A stretch of 62,111 nucleotides of DNA from an uncultured Anaerolineae bacterium (GCA_964560475.1 CAZLMZ010000002.1:1-62111), one strand, 5' to 3'. Shown: positions 1 to 10,816, counted from the first letter of the stretch. Program-made: numbers and translations. The notes: generated by a model not told the origin, from the letters alone.

Positions 1-1853
1 CTATCTTGCCGTACGCGCTGATCCTCACGCTGATTCTGTGCACGCTGGCGTACGACTATGTATCCAACAACGAAGCCCGGCTCCGTTCGCCCATCGCTGT
101 AGTCGTTGCCTCTCTAGCCAAGCGTCCACAAGGGGATGGGCTCGTGCCCTCGTATGGCATACTAGGTGTGGTCGGTATCACCTGGTTGCTCGGGGGTGCC
201 GTCGTGGTCGCTGAATGGCGGCGCAGGAGCCGAGAGGGCGCATGGCCAGCAGTGCTGGCGACGGGTCTGGCTGTTCCTTTGATCGTGTGCTTTATCTTTG
301 CGCTGACGATGGCCACGCGCCTGGTCAGCACGATCCAGCAGACACAGTTGCTGAACCAGACCGACCTGGTGACGGGCATGTTGGCAGTGTATTGTGTGAT
401 GCTGTTTGGCTTGATCCTGGCTCTTGCTTTCAGCCTTGGACCGTCTGCACTTGCTGCCGGTACGTTTTGGGAACCTCGGCGCGCGTGGGCCTATCCTTTC
501 CTGGCGATTGGAGCGATCTGGGCCGTATTGCAGACGAACGTGCGGGTCGTGGAAGCGGATATGATCTACAAGCAGGCGCAGCCGTACGAGCAGCAGGGCA
601 TGTGGGACTATTCCATCATTCTGCACCAAGAGGCGATCAGGCGTATGCCCAACGAGGACTATTACGACCTCTTCCTGGGACGCGCCTTTCTGGAAAAGGC
701 CAAGACCGCATCACCTGCCGGTCGGGCGCCGCAGCACTATACCATGGCGGACATTCTGGATATGACGCCAGAGAAGCTGGCGGGCCTCAGCCGCGAGGAT
801 GCAATGAATTGCAGCGAGACCGCCCTCGTTCGTGCGCGCCAGATTAATCCCCTCAACACAGACCACTCGGCGAACCTCGCCCGCCTGTACAGGACACGGG
901 CCGAGTCCACCTCCGATCCGGCACAGCGCTACGAATATCTGCAGGATGCGCTAGGATACTATGCACAGGCAACGTCACTGTCTCCACACGCGGCCCATCT
1001 GTTCGACGAGTGGGGCATCGTATACGTGGCGATGGATGAACCAGAGGAGGCATTGGCCAAGTACGAGCACGCTCTAGCACTCGATGACCGATACGAGGTG
1101 ACGTACATGTCACTCGGCGATCTGTACATGCGCGAGAATGATCTCGAGAAAGCCAAGGAGGCATACCTGCAGGCGGCAGAGGTTGCGCCTCGGTCAGCCA
1201 ACGTCCACAGTGTACTTGCGTATATTTACGGTACGCAAGAGGACTATGGCTCTGCTATCGAGGAAACGCTCGAGGTCCTCGATCTGAGTAGGGACGATCA
1301 GCAGAGGTACTCGGGCTACAAGAATCTCGCTATCTACTATCGCGAGGTAGGCCAATCGGACGATGCGATCGAGGCGGCTCAGAATGCACTCGCCCTGGCG
1401 CCGGCCGGAGAACGTGCCAGCCTGGAGGCCCTGATCGCGCAACTGGGCGGTACCGCCATCGAGCCACAGGCAGAAACTCAGGTAGAACAGTTCCTGTCAG
1501 AAGGCCAGGTTGCTTTGAACAAGGGCGAGTGGGAGAAAGCTGCGCAGGCCTACCAAAAAGTCGTGACGCTCGACCCCCACTCGATTGCTGCACACAGTGC
1601 GCTCTCTTATGTGTACGCACAGCAGGGCAAGCTAGAGCAGGCAGAGGCCGAGAACCTGATCGTGCTCGAGATGGTCCCCACCGACCTGGCGACGCTCAGG
1701 AACCTGGCGATCATCTACCGCCAGATGGGCCAGTACGACAACGCACTGGCGTATGCACAGCGAGCGCTCGCATCTCCACAGGTGGAAGCATCAGATAAGC
1801 AGCAGCTCGAGGCGTTCATCGAGGAACTACGTGCTATGGGTAGCCCGGGATAG
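1..1853 (+). CDS. Membrane-anchored TPR-repeat protein; 5' end probably lies outside the window
   Basis: ORF 6..1853 stays open to the window edge. The N-terminal ~180 aa are hydrophobic helices. The rest is tandem TPR-like units (ALAKYEHALALDDRY, AKEAYLQAAEVAP, AAQAYQKVVTLDP). Confidence 0.7.
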   Translation, partial: ILPYALILTLILCTLAYDYVSNNEARLRSPIAVVVASLAKRPQGDGLVPSYGILGVVGITWLLGGAVVVAEWRRRSREGAWPAVLATGLAVPLIVCFIFALTMATRLVSTIQQTQLLNQTDLVTGMLAVYCVMLFGLILALAFSLGPSALAAGTFWEPRRAWAYPFLAIGAIWAVLQTNVRVVEADMIYKQAQPYEQQGMWDYSIILHQEAIRRMPNEDYYDLFLGRAFLEKAKTASPAGRAPQHYTMADILDMTPEKLAGLSREDAMNCSETALVRARQINPLNTDHSANLARLYRTRAESTSDPAQRYEYLQDALGYYAQATSLSPHAAHLFDEWGIVYVAMDEPEEALAKYEHALALDDRYEVTYMSLGDLYMRENDLEKAKEAYLQAAEVAPRSANVHSVLAYIYGTQEDYGSAIEETLEVLDLSRDDQQRYSGYKNLAIYYREVGQSDDAIEAAQNALALAPAGERASLEALIAQLGGTAIEPQAETQVEQFLSEGQVALNKGEWEKAAQAYQKVVTLDPHSIAAHSALSYVYAQQGKLEQAEAENLIVLEMVPTDLATLRNLAIIYRQMGQYDNALAYAQRALASPQVEASDKQQLEAFIEELRAMGSPG

Positions 1854-1889
1854 CGTCTCGACCTGGCACATCAACAGGGAGGAGGGCGG

Positions 1890-3131
1890 ATGAACGTCGG
1901 ATTCGTTTCAGGTCGTCTGGCCGGGACCGATGGCGTGTCGCTGGAGACGGCCAAGTGGGCAGAGGTCCTCCGGCGCATGGGACACCAAGTGTTCTATTGC
2001 GCGGGCGAGCTGGAAAAGGATGGGCCGCCGGGCCTCCTCGTGCCTGAGATGTACTTTCACACCGAGGATGCTGATTGGATCGTCGACCACGCTTACGGGA
2101 CGACGGAGGCTCATCCCGATTTGCTTCCCAAGATCGGCCACTATGCGGCACTGTTTAGGGAGTGCTTGTACCAGTTCATCGCAGCCTTTGACATCGATGT
2201 GCTGATCCCAGAGAACGCGTTGACCATCCCAATCCAGATTGCACTGGGTGTCGCGCTAGCAGACGTGATAGCCGACACTGGCATGCCCACGATAGCACAC
2301 CACCACGATTTCTACTGGGAGCGTGAGGTATACAAGACGAACTGCATTCCAGATATCCTGGAACGCTGCTTCCCGCCCGCGCTTCCCTCCATCCATCACG
2401 TGGTGATCAACTCGTTGGCACAGCGGGACCTCAAGGCAAAGCGAGGCCTGGACGCGGTGGTTGTGCCCAACGTCTTTGACTTCGATACGCCAGCGCCCAC
2501 GGTGGACAGCTATAGTGCTGACCTGCGTACAGCGATCGGTCTCGGTGAAGAGGACGTGCTCATCCTGCAGCCTACCCGGATCATCCGGCGCAAGGGGATC
2601 GAGATGGCAGTCGAGCTGGTAGGACGGCTCGATGATGCGCGCTACAAGCTGGTGTTTTCGCATGCCACGGATGTCGATACAGAGTACCTGTCCGAGCTAC
2701 GTGCCCTGGCAGAGGAGTGGGGAACCGATCTGCGCGTGCCAATCGACCAGATCGACAGTGTGCGTGGCACGCACGATGGTAGCAAGGTATACGGACTGTG
2801 GGACGTGTACCCGCACGCAGATTTTGTCACCTACCCCAGCCTGTACGAAGGCTTTGGGAACGCGCTGATCGAGGCCATATACTTTAGGCTGCCCGCGCTC
2901 GTGAACCGGTACTCGGTGTACGAAGCTGACATCCGGCCGCTGGGCTTTGACTTTGTGGAGCTCAATGGCACAGTCACGAACGAGGCTGTAGAGGCGGTAC
3001 GCAGCGTGCTTGGGAACAAGCAGCGCCGGGAGTCCATGGTCGATCGAAACTATCGGCTGGCCGCGCGCCATTTCTCTTACGAGACTGTGAAAGAGCGCTT
3101 GCGACCGCTCCTCGCCGTCGCTGCCGTCTAG
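1890..3131 (+). CDS. GT-B fold glycosyltransferase (GT4-like)
   Basis: 413-aa ORF with ATG preceded by GGGAGGAGGG. C-terminal E-x7-E type motif YPSLYEGFGNALIEAIY. Confidence 0.75.
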   Translation: MNVGFVSGRLAGTDGVSLETAKWAEVLRRMGHQVFYCAGELEKDGPPGLLVPEMYFHTEDADWIVDHAYGTTEAHPDLLPKIGHYAALFRECLYQFIAAFDIDVLIPENALTIPIQIALGVALADVIADTGMPTIAHHHDFYWEREVYKTNCIPDILERCFPPALPSIHHVVINSLAQRDLKAKRGLDAVVVPNVFDFDTPAPTVDSYSADLRTAIGLGEEDVLILQPTRIIRRKGIEMAVELVGRLDDARYKLVFSHATDVDTEYLSELRALAEEWGTDLRVPIDQIDSVRGTHDGSKVYGLWDVYPHADFVTYPSLYEGFGNALIEAIYFRLPALVNRYSVYEADIRPLGFDFVELNGTVTNEAVEAVRSVLGNKQRRESMVDRNYRLAARHFSYETVKERLRPLLAVAAV

Positions 3132-3588
3132 TCCGATGGCGCGGTTTGGCCACGGGAGACGTGGTGCATCACGCTGATGATCGAGAGGATCTCCTTGGCC
3201 AATGGATCGGGGTAATCGTCGAGGTACACGACGCGGGCGATGCCCGCGTTGACGATGGATTTGGCGCACCAGGAGCAGGGTAGGTCGTCGTATAGAGCGT
3301 TGCGCCCTCGATTGGGATGCCAAAGCGTGCCGCAAAGTTGATCGCATTCTGCTCGGCGTGGGCGGCGTGACAGAGCTCGGAGCGTTCACCGGATGGAACG
3401 TTCTGGCGCGCGCATCCTACCTCCAGGCAGTGCGGGTGGCCAGCGGGCGCTCCGTTGTAACCTGTGGACACGATCTGCTTGCCCTTGACCAGCACTGCGC
3501 CGATCTGTCGGTGCAGGCATGTGGAGCGGCTGGCTACCACGCGCGAGATCTCCATAAAGTAGCTGTCAACATCTAGCCGTTCGGTCAC
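3128..3588 (-). pseudogene. dCMP deaminase (ComEB/Dctd type) interrupted by a 1-nt frameshift near 3277..3281
   Basis: The N-terminal part (ORF 3169..3588) has HAEQNAI and LYTTTYP, then runs into Pro/Ser/Arg-rich nonsense. The expected continuation PCSWCAKSIVNAGIARVVYLDDYPDPLAKEIL is intact in the -1 frame and ends at a TAG at 3128..3130. The GTG start overlaps the thyX stop (GTGA). Confidence 0.8.
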
Positions 3589-4268
3589 GTTGCAGCTCCC
3601 GTCTGCCCGTCTGCGCGGGCAAAAAAAGCAGGATAGTCGGCGCGCAGTTGATCTCGTATGGCCTGGAACACGCTTGGCGCATGCGGGTAGATTGCCTCTA
3701 GCATTTCTACGCAGACCTCACGTATCTCCCACTGTGCGTGGGGCGAGATGCGCAGGCGAAAGATGTGCAGCAGCTCACGATAGTTCGCGGTCATCACGAG
3801 ACGCGTCGCAGTTGCATTGGGCAGGAGAAAGCGCGCATCTTCTTTCTTGATGCCGAGCGCGCGCAGGCGATGGTAGGCCCTCGTGGCCACCTGGGCGAAA
3901 TCGCTCCAGAGGCGCATGGCCTCGGCATTCTCGGCGATCTGTGGAGGGATGACCCACTCGGGGTTAGACATATCGACGTAGCGCTGTGATTCCTGCGAAT
4001 AGCTAGCCAGGCGGTGCCGTACGAGTTGGTGGCTGCACGCCCGGCTGATCCCGCTGATTTCAAAGGATGCGCAAGCGTGCTCGATGATCGACTCGTGACC
4101 CTCCTCGACGCGCCGCGCGACAAAGCGGGCCGTGATTTCTGGTGTTCCTCCGGCCGTACTGCGGTAGCAGATCCGGCCGGCATGCTCCAGCAGCGCTTCG
4201 CTGTCTGCAGTTGAGCTCGTGGCACCGTCATCGAGATAGTGGGTGATGGCAATCAGCTTGACCTGCAT
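3585..4268 (-). CDS. thyX: FAD-dependent thymidylate synthase ThyX
   Basis: ThyX signature RHRLASYSQESQR (RHRxxSxxxxSxR). Start taken at MQVKLIAITHY (ATG 4268), preceded by AGGAGG, not at the longer ORF start 4343. Confidence 0.9.
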   Translation of the reverse strand: MQVKLIAITHYLDDGATSSTADSEALLEHAGRICYRSTAGGTPEITARFVARRVEEGHESIIEHACASFEISGISRACSHQLVRHRLASYSQESQRYVDMSNPEWVIPPQIAENAEAMRLWSDFAQVATRAYHRLRALGIKKEDARFLLPNATATRLVMTANYRELLHIFRLRISPHAQWEIREVCVEMLEAIYPHAPSVFQAIRDQLRADYPAFFARADGQTGAAT

Positions 4269-4301
4269 GCGGGGCCCTCCTGCGTTTCCCTTTGGCCGAC
4301 G

Positions 4302-4330
4302 AGTATAACACGCAGAGATGAGGTTGTCAA
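4302..4330 (-). promoter_or_regulatory. Sigma70-type promoter for thyX operon (TTGACA-17-TATACT)
   Basis: -35 at 4325..4330 and -10 at 4302..4307 on the minus strand, ~30 nt upstream of ATG 4268. Confidence 0.65.
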
Positions 4331-4336
4331 AGCCAG

Positions 4337-4366
4337 TTGACACGTGCTCCAGGCTTGCAGTATACT
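4337..4366 (+). promoter_or_regulatory. Sigma70-type promoter for fadD (TTGACA-18-TATACT)
   Basis: -35 at 4337..4342 and -10 at 4361..4366. Back-to-back with the thyX promoter. Confidence 0.6.
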
Positions 4367-4496
4367 CGGTGCGGACCGCGTGCCTGGGCTCAAAGAGCGG
4401 CGCACGCTGCCTTTGGCAATGCTGCCTCCGGCAGTGCTACCGGAGGCGCTTTGTTGCCTGTCAACGTAACCGTAGTTGGATCGGAAGGAGATCCAT

Positions 4497-6182
4497 ATGG
4501 AAAGGCCTTGGTTACAGCACTATGATGTGGGTGTCCCCGCCCACCTCGACTACCCGCAGCGGACGATAGAGCAGATTCTCGCCGAGTCGGCTGGCCGTGC
4601 CCCTGGTGCGGTTCTCACGGTATTCAAGGGCGCGCGGTTGACCTACGGGCAGATCGATCGCCTGGTCGATCGCATGGCGGCCGGGCTGCAGGCGCTCGGC
4701 CTCCAGCACGGTGACCGCGTGGCGATCCATCTACCCAACTGCCCCCAGTTTGTCGTTGCGTACTATGCCATACTCCGTGCGGGAGGGATCGCTGTGCCCT
4801 GCAACCCGACGTACGTGGGGCGGGAGATAGAGCATCAACTGAACGACTCTGGCGCCGAGATCGCTGTGACAATGACGTCGTTCTACGCCACCATCCGCGG
4901 CGCATGCGCGCATACGCCGCTTCGCCACGTAATCGTGGCCAAGCTCAAGAACTACCTGCCGATGCCACTGCGGTTCCTCTTTGCCCTGTTCCGCGAGCGA
5001 CGCGACGGGCACGCCCTGCGCATCTCCGGAGAAGCGAACACGTACTGGTTCAGCGATGTGCTCGAGTCTGCATCATCGCAGCCGCAGCGAACGGCTGTCG
5101 ATCTCGACGAGACCGCGGTACTCATGTACACAGGCGGCACGACAGGCATTCCCAAGGGGGCACAGCTCACGCATCGAAACCTGGTCGTCAATGCCGCGCA
5201 GTGCGCCTTCTGGCTGCGGACCACCGAAAAGGGCGCCTCGTTGCTGACGGCGCTTCCCCTGTTTCACAGCTATGCGATGACGACGTGCATGAACCATGCG
5301 GTCTTTGTGGGAGGAACCATGATCTTGGTCCCGGACCCACGCGATCTGAGCGACGTGCTGGGCACCATTCACAAGCATCGCCCTACCGTCTATCCGGGGG
5401 TACCGGCGATGTACGTGGCGATCAACAATAGCAAGGATGCTGCCTCGGGCAAGTATGACCTTGGCTCGATCGAGGCGTGCATCAGCGGCGCGGCCGGGCT
5501 TCCTGCTGAGGTCCAGGAGCGGTTCCAGCAGATCTCCGGAGCTCATCTCGTGGAGGGATACGGTCTGAGCGAAGCTTCTCCCGTGACACACATCAACCCT
5601 GTGTTCGATCACACCCCGGACGGATTCATCGGGCTTCCGGTGCCCGACACGGATGCCAAGATCGTCGATCTCGAGACAGGGACTCAGGAGTTGCCCCCTG
5701 GTGAGATCGGGGAGCTCTGTATCAGAGGGCCGCAGGTCATGAAGGGGTACTGGAACGTCCCTTCCGAGACCGCGGACGTGCTGCGTGACGGGTGGCTCTA
5801 TACGGGTGACATTGCGACCATGACGGAAGACGGGTATTTCCGGCTGGTGGATCGCAAGAAAGACATCATTCTCGGGGCAGGGGGGTACAATATCTACCCG
5901 CGTGAGATCGAGGACGTGCTCTATGAGCATCCGAAGGTCAAGGAAGCGGTCGCTGCCGGGATCCCGTGGGGAGACAAGGGAGAGCGGGTGAAGGTCTGGG
6001 TCGTGCTCAAGGAGGGGCAGGAGGCCACAGCCGAAGAGATCCTGCACTTTTGCGCGGGCAAGCTTGCGCCGTACAAGCGACCGAAAGCAGTCGAGTTCAG
6101 GGACGACATTCCCAAGACGCTCGTAGGCAAGATGCTTCGTCGACTGCTGGTGGAGGAGGAGGCTCAGGCGGCCAGGGGCTAG
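4497..6182 (+). CDS. fadD: Long-chain fatty-acid--CoA ligase (AMP-binding family)
   Basis: AMP-binding motif MYTGGTTGIPKGAQLTHRN plus GYGLSEASP and a C-terminal KTLVGKMLRR. ATG 4497 follows GGAAGGAG. Confidence 0.85.
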   Translation: MERPWLQHYDVGVPAHLDYPQRTIEQILAESAGRAPGAVLTVFKGARLTYGQIDRLVDRMAAGLQALGLQHGDRVAIHLPNCPQFVVAYYAILRAGGIAVPCNPTYVGREIEHQLNDSGAEIAVTMTSFYATIRGACAHTPLRHVIVAKLKNYLPMPLRFLFALFRERRDGHALRISGEANTYWFSDVLESASSQPQRTAVDLDETAVLMYTGGTTGIPKGAQLTHRNLVVNAAQCAFWLRTTEKGASLLTALPLFHSYAMTTCMNHAVFVGGTMILVPDPRDLSDVLGTIHKHRPTVYPGVPAMYVAINNSKDAASGKYDLGSIEACISGAAGLPAEVQERFQQISGAHLVEGYGLSEASPVTHINPVFDHTPDGFIGLPVPDTDAKIVDLETGTQELPPGEIGELCIRGPQVMKGYWNVPSETADVLRDGWLYTGDIATMTEDGYFRLVDRKKDIILGAGGYNIYPREIEDVLYEHPKVKEAVAAGIPWGDKGERVKVWVVLKEGQEATAEEILHFCAGKLAPYKRPKAVEFRDDIPKTLVGKMLRRLLVEEEAQAARG

Positions 6183-6200
6183 TGAGCGAGACCAAACGCA

Positions 6201-6239
6201 GCAGCCCCGCGCACCACATACACCGGTGCACGGGGCTGC
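6201..6239. terminator. Hairpin between convergent fadD and ftsH
   Basis: GCAGCCCCG...CGGGGCTGC outer stem with inner GCACC/GGTGC pairing. The flanking TGCGTTTGG on the minus-strand side gives a weak U tract. Confidence 0.55.
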
Positions 6240-6263
6240 CAGAGGTTGAGGCTGCAAGAGCAG

Positions 6264-8093
6264 CTAGGCCGGTACGCCCTGCATGATTGCCTCAAACTCG
6301 TCACTATCCAGCGTCTCTATCTCGATGAGGCGCGTAGCCACTGCAACGAGCTTGTCACGCTGCTCGGTCAACACCTTCTCAGCGCGCTCGTAGGCCTCGT
6401 TGATCAGTTCGCGCACTTCTTCGTCGATATCGCGTGCGACTGCTTCACTATAGTCGCGCTGCTCAGATATCTCTCGCCCGAGGAATATCAGCTCTTCCTT
6501 CTGGCCAAAGGTCATTGCGCCCAACTTCTCGCTCATCCCATAGCGCTTGACCATCTTGCGTGCCAGATCGGTGACGCGCTCCAGGTCATTGCTTGCGCCG
6601 GTCGTGATATCACCGAACATGATCTGTTCAGCCACACGCCCGCCGAGCATACCTGCCATCTGGTCCCGGAAGCGATTCCGACTCTGCAGCAGGTGATCGT
6701 CTTCGGGCAGTGCCATCGTATACCCGAGTGCCATGCCGCGTGAGACGATGGTGATCTTGCGCACCGGGTCGCACTTGGGCAGGGTGGTCTGTACCACGGC
6801 ATGTCCTGCCTCGTGATAGGCAATGATCTCTTTTTCTTCCTCGCTGATCAGGCGGCTCTTGCGCTCTGGTCCCGCGATGACGCGTTCGATCGCCTCCTGA
6901 AACTCTTCCATGGCGATCGTCCTTCTGTTGCGCCGCGCAGCCAGGATCGCTGCTTCGTTCACCAGGTTCTCGATATCTGCGCCAACGAACCCCGGCGTCA
7001 ACCTGGCCAGCGTCTGCAGTTCGACGTCCTCGTGCAGAGGTTTGCCCTTGACATGCACGGCCAGGATCGCCTCTCGGCCCTTGACGTCGGGCCTGTCCAG
7101 CACAACACGGCGATCGAACCGTCCCGGCCGAAGCAAGGCAGGGTCGAGGATGTCGGGCCTATTCGTGGCCGCGATGATGATCACGTTCGTGTCTGTGTCG
7201 AACCCGTCCATCTCGACTAGTATCTGGTTGAGCGTCTGTTCGCGCTCGTCGTGACTGCCGCCCAACCCAGCACCCCTGTGACGCCCTACGGCATCGATCT
7301 CGTCCACGAAGACGATACACGGCGAGTGCCGCTTGGCTTGATCGAACAGGTCACGCACACGCGACGCGCCGACACCGACGAACATCTCTACGAACTCGGA
7401 CCCGCTGATACTAAAGAACGGGACGCCGGCTTCACCGGACACGGCCTTTGCCATCAGCGTCTTGCCTGTGCCAGGCGCACCGACGAGCAGAACGCCCTTG
7501 GGAATGCGCGCGCCGAGCGCAAGGAATTTCTCTGGCTCCTTCAGGAACTCGACGACCTCCTGGAGCTCTTCCTTGGCCTCCTCGACGCCGGCAACATCGC
7601 TAAACGTCACCGTCGGTTGGTCACCAGTGAACATCCGCGCTCGGCTCTTGCCAAAGGAAAGCGCCTGGTTGTTCGTGCCTTGCGCCTGGCGCAGCATGAA
7701 ATAGATCATGCCCACGATGATCAGCGTAGGCAGGATCGTACCCAACGCAGTCACGATATTTAGCCAGTCGGGCGGGGGAACCGCTTCGATCGTCACATTC
7801 TGCAGATCCGCCTCAGTGACGCCAAGGCCCTGCAAGGTCTCCAGCAGTCCAACGCCCATCTCTTTGTAGGCTACCGCATGAACCTGCTTGCCGTTCCTCG
7901 TGAACGTGACGTCTATCTTTTCGTCAGTGGTACTGATCTGCTGTACGTGCCCCTCTTTGACGAGCTGTGCCAGCTCGGTTATTGTTATCTTTTCAGGCGC
8001 ATTGGCTCGGCCCATGACCTGCCATAGCAGCAGCGCGATGGCTGCAAGAATAAGCAGGTAGACCAAGCCATTCCGCCAGTAGCCAGATCTCAC
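6264..8093 (-). CDS. ftsH: ATP-dependent zinc metalloprotease FtsH
   Basis: N-terminal TM, Walker A GAPGTGKT, second region of homology, zinc motif HEAGHAV. Start placed at GTG 8093 after GGAGGA; the ORF extends to 8132. Confidence 0.92.
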   Translation of the reverse strand: MRSGYWRNGLVYLLILAAIALLLWQVMGRANAPEKITITELAQLVKEGHVQQISTTDEKIDVTFTRNGKQVHAVAYKEMGVGLLETLQGLGVTEADLQNVTIEAVPPPDWLNIVTALGTILPTLIIVGMIYFMLRQAQGTNNQALSFGKSRARMFTGDQPTVTFSDVAGVEEAKEELQEVVEFLKEPEKFLALGARIPKGVLLVGAPGTGKTLMAKAVSGEAGVPFFSISGSEFVEMFVGVGASRVRDLFDQAKRHSPCIVFVDEIDAVGRHRGAGLGGSHDEREQTLNQILVEMDGFDTDTNVIIIAATNRPDILDPALLRPGRFDRRVVLDRPDVKGREAILAVHVKGKPLHEDVELQTLARLTPGFVGADIENLVNEAAILAARRNRRTIAMEEFQEAIERVIAGPERKSRLISEEEKEIIAYHEAGHAVVQTTLPKCDPVRKITIVSRGMALGYTMALPEDDHLLQSRNRFRDQMAGMLGGRVAEQIMFGDITTGASNDLERVTDLARKMVKRYGMSEKLGAMTFGQKEELIFLGREISEQRDYSEAVARDIDEEVRELINEAYERAEKVLTEQRDKLVAVATRLIEIETLDSDEFEAIMQGVPA

Positions 8094-8164
8094 TCTAGTC
8101 CTCCATATTGCATCTGAGTCTGCACGCCCCAATTATACCAGATATCCGGACTTAATGCCAGCGC

Positions 8165-10129
8165 TTATTGCCTTTCGACATGTATCTGACGCAAGACGAC
8201 TGCGTTTCCTTTCGTCTCGGCGAATCCTGGATCGGTTACTGGTAGGCGGTGGTCCCCGCGGTAAAAGCCCACGCGGACCCAATAGTCCGCCTCGGGTGCA
8301 TCGGACGGTATTGTCAGGACGTAGGGATCCAGGAGACGCTCACCTGGCTGCCAGGTGGATGTGGGGCGGCTTCCACCCAATGGCGGAAGGTCGCGCTGTG
8401 TGAGGATGTGCCCATCCTCGTCGACAATGTGGATGAAAACAGTATAGTCCTCGCCGAGGCTCTCCTCGACTTGCCAGGTGATGAGCAATTGCACTGTGCT
8501 GCCAGGACGCACCACGACGTCGGTGAATTCACAGCTCGCGAGCAGGACCTTGTCAGCAAAGTTGGCCCGCACTTCTCCTTCAGGCCCACTGCTCACCGTC
8601 AGCGTGATGGTCTGCCCAACCGTGACCGTCGTGCCGGCCTCAAGGGTCTGCGATATGATCAGATCCTTGGGTTCGAGGCTCCACGTCTCGGTCACCGAGA
8701 CGACGAGGCCGATGTCCTCCAGATCGAGCCGCTTTACCGCCACCGGAAAGCCCACTACGTCTGGCACTGTCACCATCTCGGGACCCAGGCTGACGGTGAC
8801 GGCGATCTGCATGCCGGGAGGCACCTCAGCACCGGGCGCAGGAGATTGGTCGATGACGTGCGACACGGGTACCTCGCCGCTATGCTGCTGCGACGCGATT
8901 GCCACGCCCAACTTTGCATCGCGTGCTAGCTGCCGTGCCGTTTCTAGCTCCTCGCCAACCAGCCGGGGGACGGCGACATCCGGCTCTGGCGTAGCAGTAT
9001 CGACACTCGGCGTGTCAATACTGCTCAGATCCTGCGTCGGCGTGGGCCCGAACACGGGTCCAGGCGTCGCGTTTTCAGAGACGGGAGGCAGCGGAGTCAG
9101 CGCCCTGGTCAGAATCGTGCCCCACAGCGGCAACAAGCCCATCACAGAGAGGAATGCAAGGCCCGCAAGGAGCAGCATCACCCAGTCTGCACGCCGCCGG
9201 CGCTCTGCAGGCTGTGCCTCGCCTGGAGAAGGGGACTGGGTAGCCGGGGACGAGTGCGTGCTGCCGGGAGCGGCGGCCGCGACCTCGATGGGCTCCAGGG
9301 GTTGCGTGGAGCTTGCTCCATGCTGCCGATAGGCACGTAGTACCTTGCCCAGCTCTGCTGCATTGCGGTAGCGCTGCGACGGGTCCTTGGCTAACGCCCG
9401 ATCGATGACCTGGCGGAGGTAGCGGGGGATGCGAGGATTGTACTGCTCGATCGGGGGAGGGGCGTTCAGCACGTGCTGCCGCCCGATCTCGGCGGCCGAT
9501 TGGCCCTCGAATGGCCGCTTGCCGCAGAGCATCTCGTAGAGAAGCACTCCGACGGCATACACATCGGAGGCTGGTGTTAGCTTGTTGCCTAGAAGCAGCT
9601 CTGGTGCGGCATAATAGGGCGTACCCCAGAGTTTTCCCTGTGGCCCTGATACGTCTGGCTGCAGGGCGCGGGCGATACCAAAGTCGGTTACCTTGACTTT
9701 GCCGTCTTGCTGGACGAGGATATTGCGTGGCTTGACGTCACAGTGCAAGATGCCCTTTTCGTGCGCAAAGCCCAACGCATCACAGACCTGGACGGTAATG
9801 TCAAGCGCTCGTGCGGGGCGAAATGGGGCTTCCGGTTGCAGCAGTTCCCGCAGGCTCTCACCCTCGGCATACTCCATCACGATGTAGCGTGAGGCTTCAT
9901 CCTGGCATACGTCGTGTACCATGACGATATTCGGATGCGGGAGCTTGGCGATCGCCCGCGCTTCGCGCTCGAACGCGTCTCCGGCGTCGTACTCTGGACG
10001 CAGGATCTTGATCGCCACAGTCCGGTCCAGCGTCAGATCCTGCGCTTTGTATACGTCCGCCATACCGCCTTCGCCCTCGAGCGAGAGCAGACGGTAGCGA
10101 CCGTTCAGCACATCTCCTTTGGTAACCAC
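8165..10129 (-). CDS. Ser/Thr protein kinase with TM, two PASTA domains and an extra C-terminal beta-rich domain
   Basis: GEGGMADVYKA, VAIKIL, HCDVKPRNIL, DFGIARA and YYAAPE are all intact. A TM segment WVMLLLAGLAFLSVMGLLPLW is followed by PASTA-like units (VPRLVGEELETARQL..., VPDVVGFPVAVKRL...). The start is uncertain (10129 GTG or 10150 TTG). Confidence 0.88.
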   Translation of the reverse strand: MVTKGDVLNGRYRLLSLEGEGGMADVYKAQDLTLDRTVAIKILRPEYDAGDAFEREARAIAKLPHPNIVMVHDVCQDEASRYIVMEYAEGESLRELLQPEAPFRPARALDITVQVCDALGFAHEKGILHCDVKPRNILVQQDGKVKVTDFGIARALQPDVSGPQGKLWGTPYYAAPELLLGNKLTPASDVYAVGVLLYEMLCGKRPFEGQSAAEIGRQHVLNAPPPIEQYNPRIPRYLRQVIDRALAKDPSQRYRNAAELGKVLRAYRQHGASSTQPLEPIEVAAAAPGSTHSSPATQSPSPGEAQPAERRRRADWVMLLLAGLAFLSVMGLLPLWGTILTRALTPLPPVSENATPGPVFGPTPTQDLSSIDTPSVDTATPEPDVAVPRLVGEELETARQLARDAKLGVAIASQQHSGEVPVSHVIDQSPAPGAEVPPGMQIAVTVSLGPEMVTVPDVVGFPVAVKRLDLEDIGLVVSVTETWSLEPKDLIISQTLEAGTTVTVGQTITLTVSSGPEGEVRANFADKVLLASCEFTDVVVRPGSTVQLLITWQVEESLGEDYTVFIHIVDEDGHILTQRDLPPLGGSRPTSTWQPGERLLDPYVLTIPSDAPEADYWVRVGFYRGDHRLPVTDPGFAETKGNAVVLRQIHVERQ

Positions 10130-10176
10130 CTCATCGCTCCAACAAGGCAACGGGCAAGTGCCACATAGATCTCACC

Positions 10177-10803
10177 CTACGATCCGAACAAGGGCAGAAC
10201 GCGCAGTAGGGATTGCCCGGCAAAGGCAAAGACCGTCGTCTTGACCGTCTTGCCAACCCAGCAGACCAGCAGGAAATGCCATACAGGCACGCGCAGCGCA
10301 CCGGCTGCGATCCCGGCAAGGTCAAACAGTGGGTTCGGCACGATCGACAAGACAAGAATCACCCACAGCCCATAGCGGCGAGTCCAGGTGACCATTCGCT
10401 GGTAGCGAACCTGATCCGCGACGATCGCGCGCCCGCTGTAGCCAGCCGCATACCCGGTCAGCTCGCCCAACGCCTCTCCGGCTCCTGCTGCCAGGCCAAT
10501 GCCGATGGGATTGAGCACCGCACCCATCACTGACACTACAGCCAGGCTCGGTGCGGGGAGCACGATGGTCGCACTCGACAGCAGGCTGAGGACAAACACG
10601 CCCGGGTAGCCGTAGCGGCCAAAGGCAGCGACGCGATCGCTGATCAGGAACACAGAGACAGAGACGATCATCGTCAGGAGCAGCGTGGTAAGCGGTCGTA
10701 TCAGGCGCTTCCAGGAGCGACCGCTGTGTGCTGCACGCGGCTCGGCGCCGCTCAATTGTGCTGAACAGTCCGGTAAAGGCCCGTTTGCTGCGTCTTGGCC
10801 CAA
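10177..10803 (-). CDS. DedA/VTT (SNARE-associated) family membrane protein
   Basis: 208-aa polytopic membrane ORF with YGYPGVFVLSLLSSATIVLPAP and LVCWVGKTVKT segments typical of the family. Confidence 0.6.
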   Translation of the reverse strand: MGQDAANGPLPDCSAQLSGAEPRAAHSGRSWKRLIRPLTTLLLTMIVSVSVFLISDRVAAFGRYGYPGVFVLSLLSSATIVLPAPSLAVVSVMGAVLNPIGIGLAAGAGEALGELTGYAAGYSGRAIVADQVRYQRMVTWTRRYGLWVILVLSIVPNPLFDLAGIAAGALRVPVWHFLLVCWVGKTVKTTVFAFAGQSLLRVLPLFGS

Positions 10804-10816
10804 GCCTGCCTGCCCT

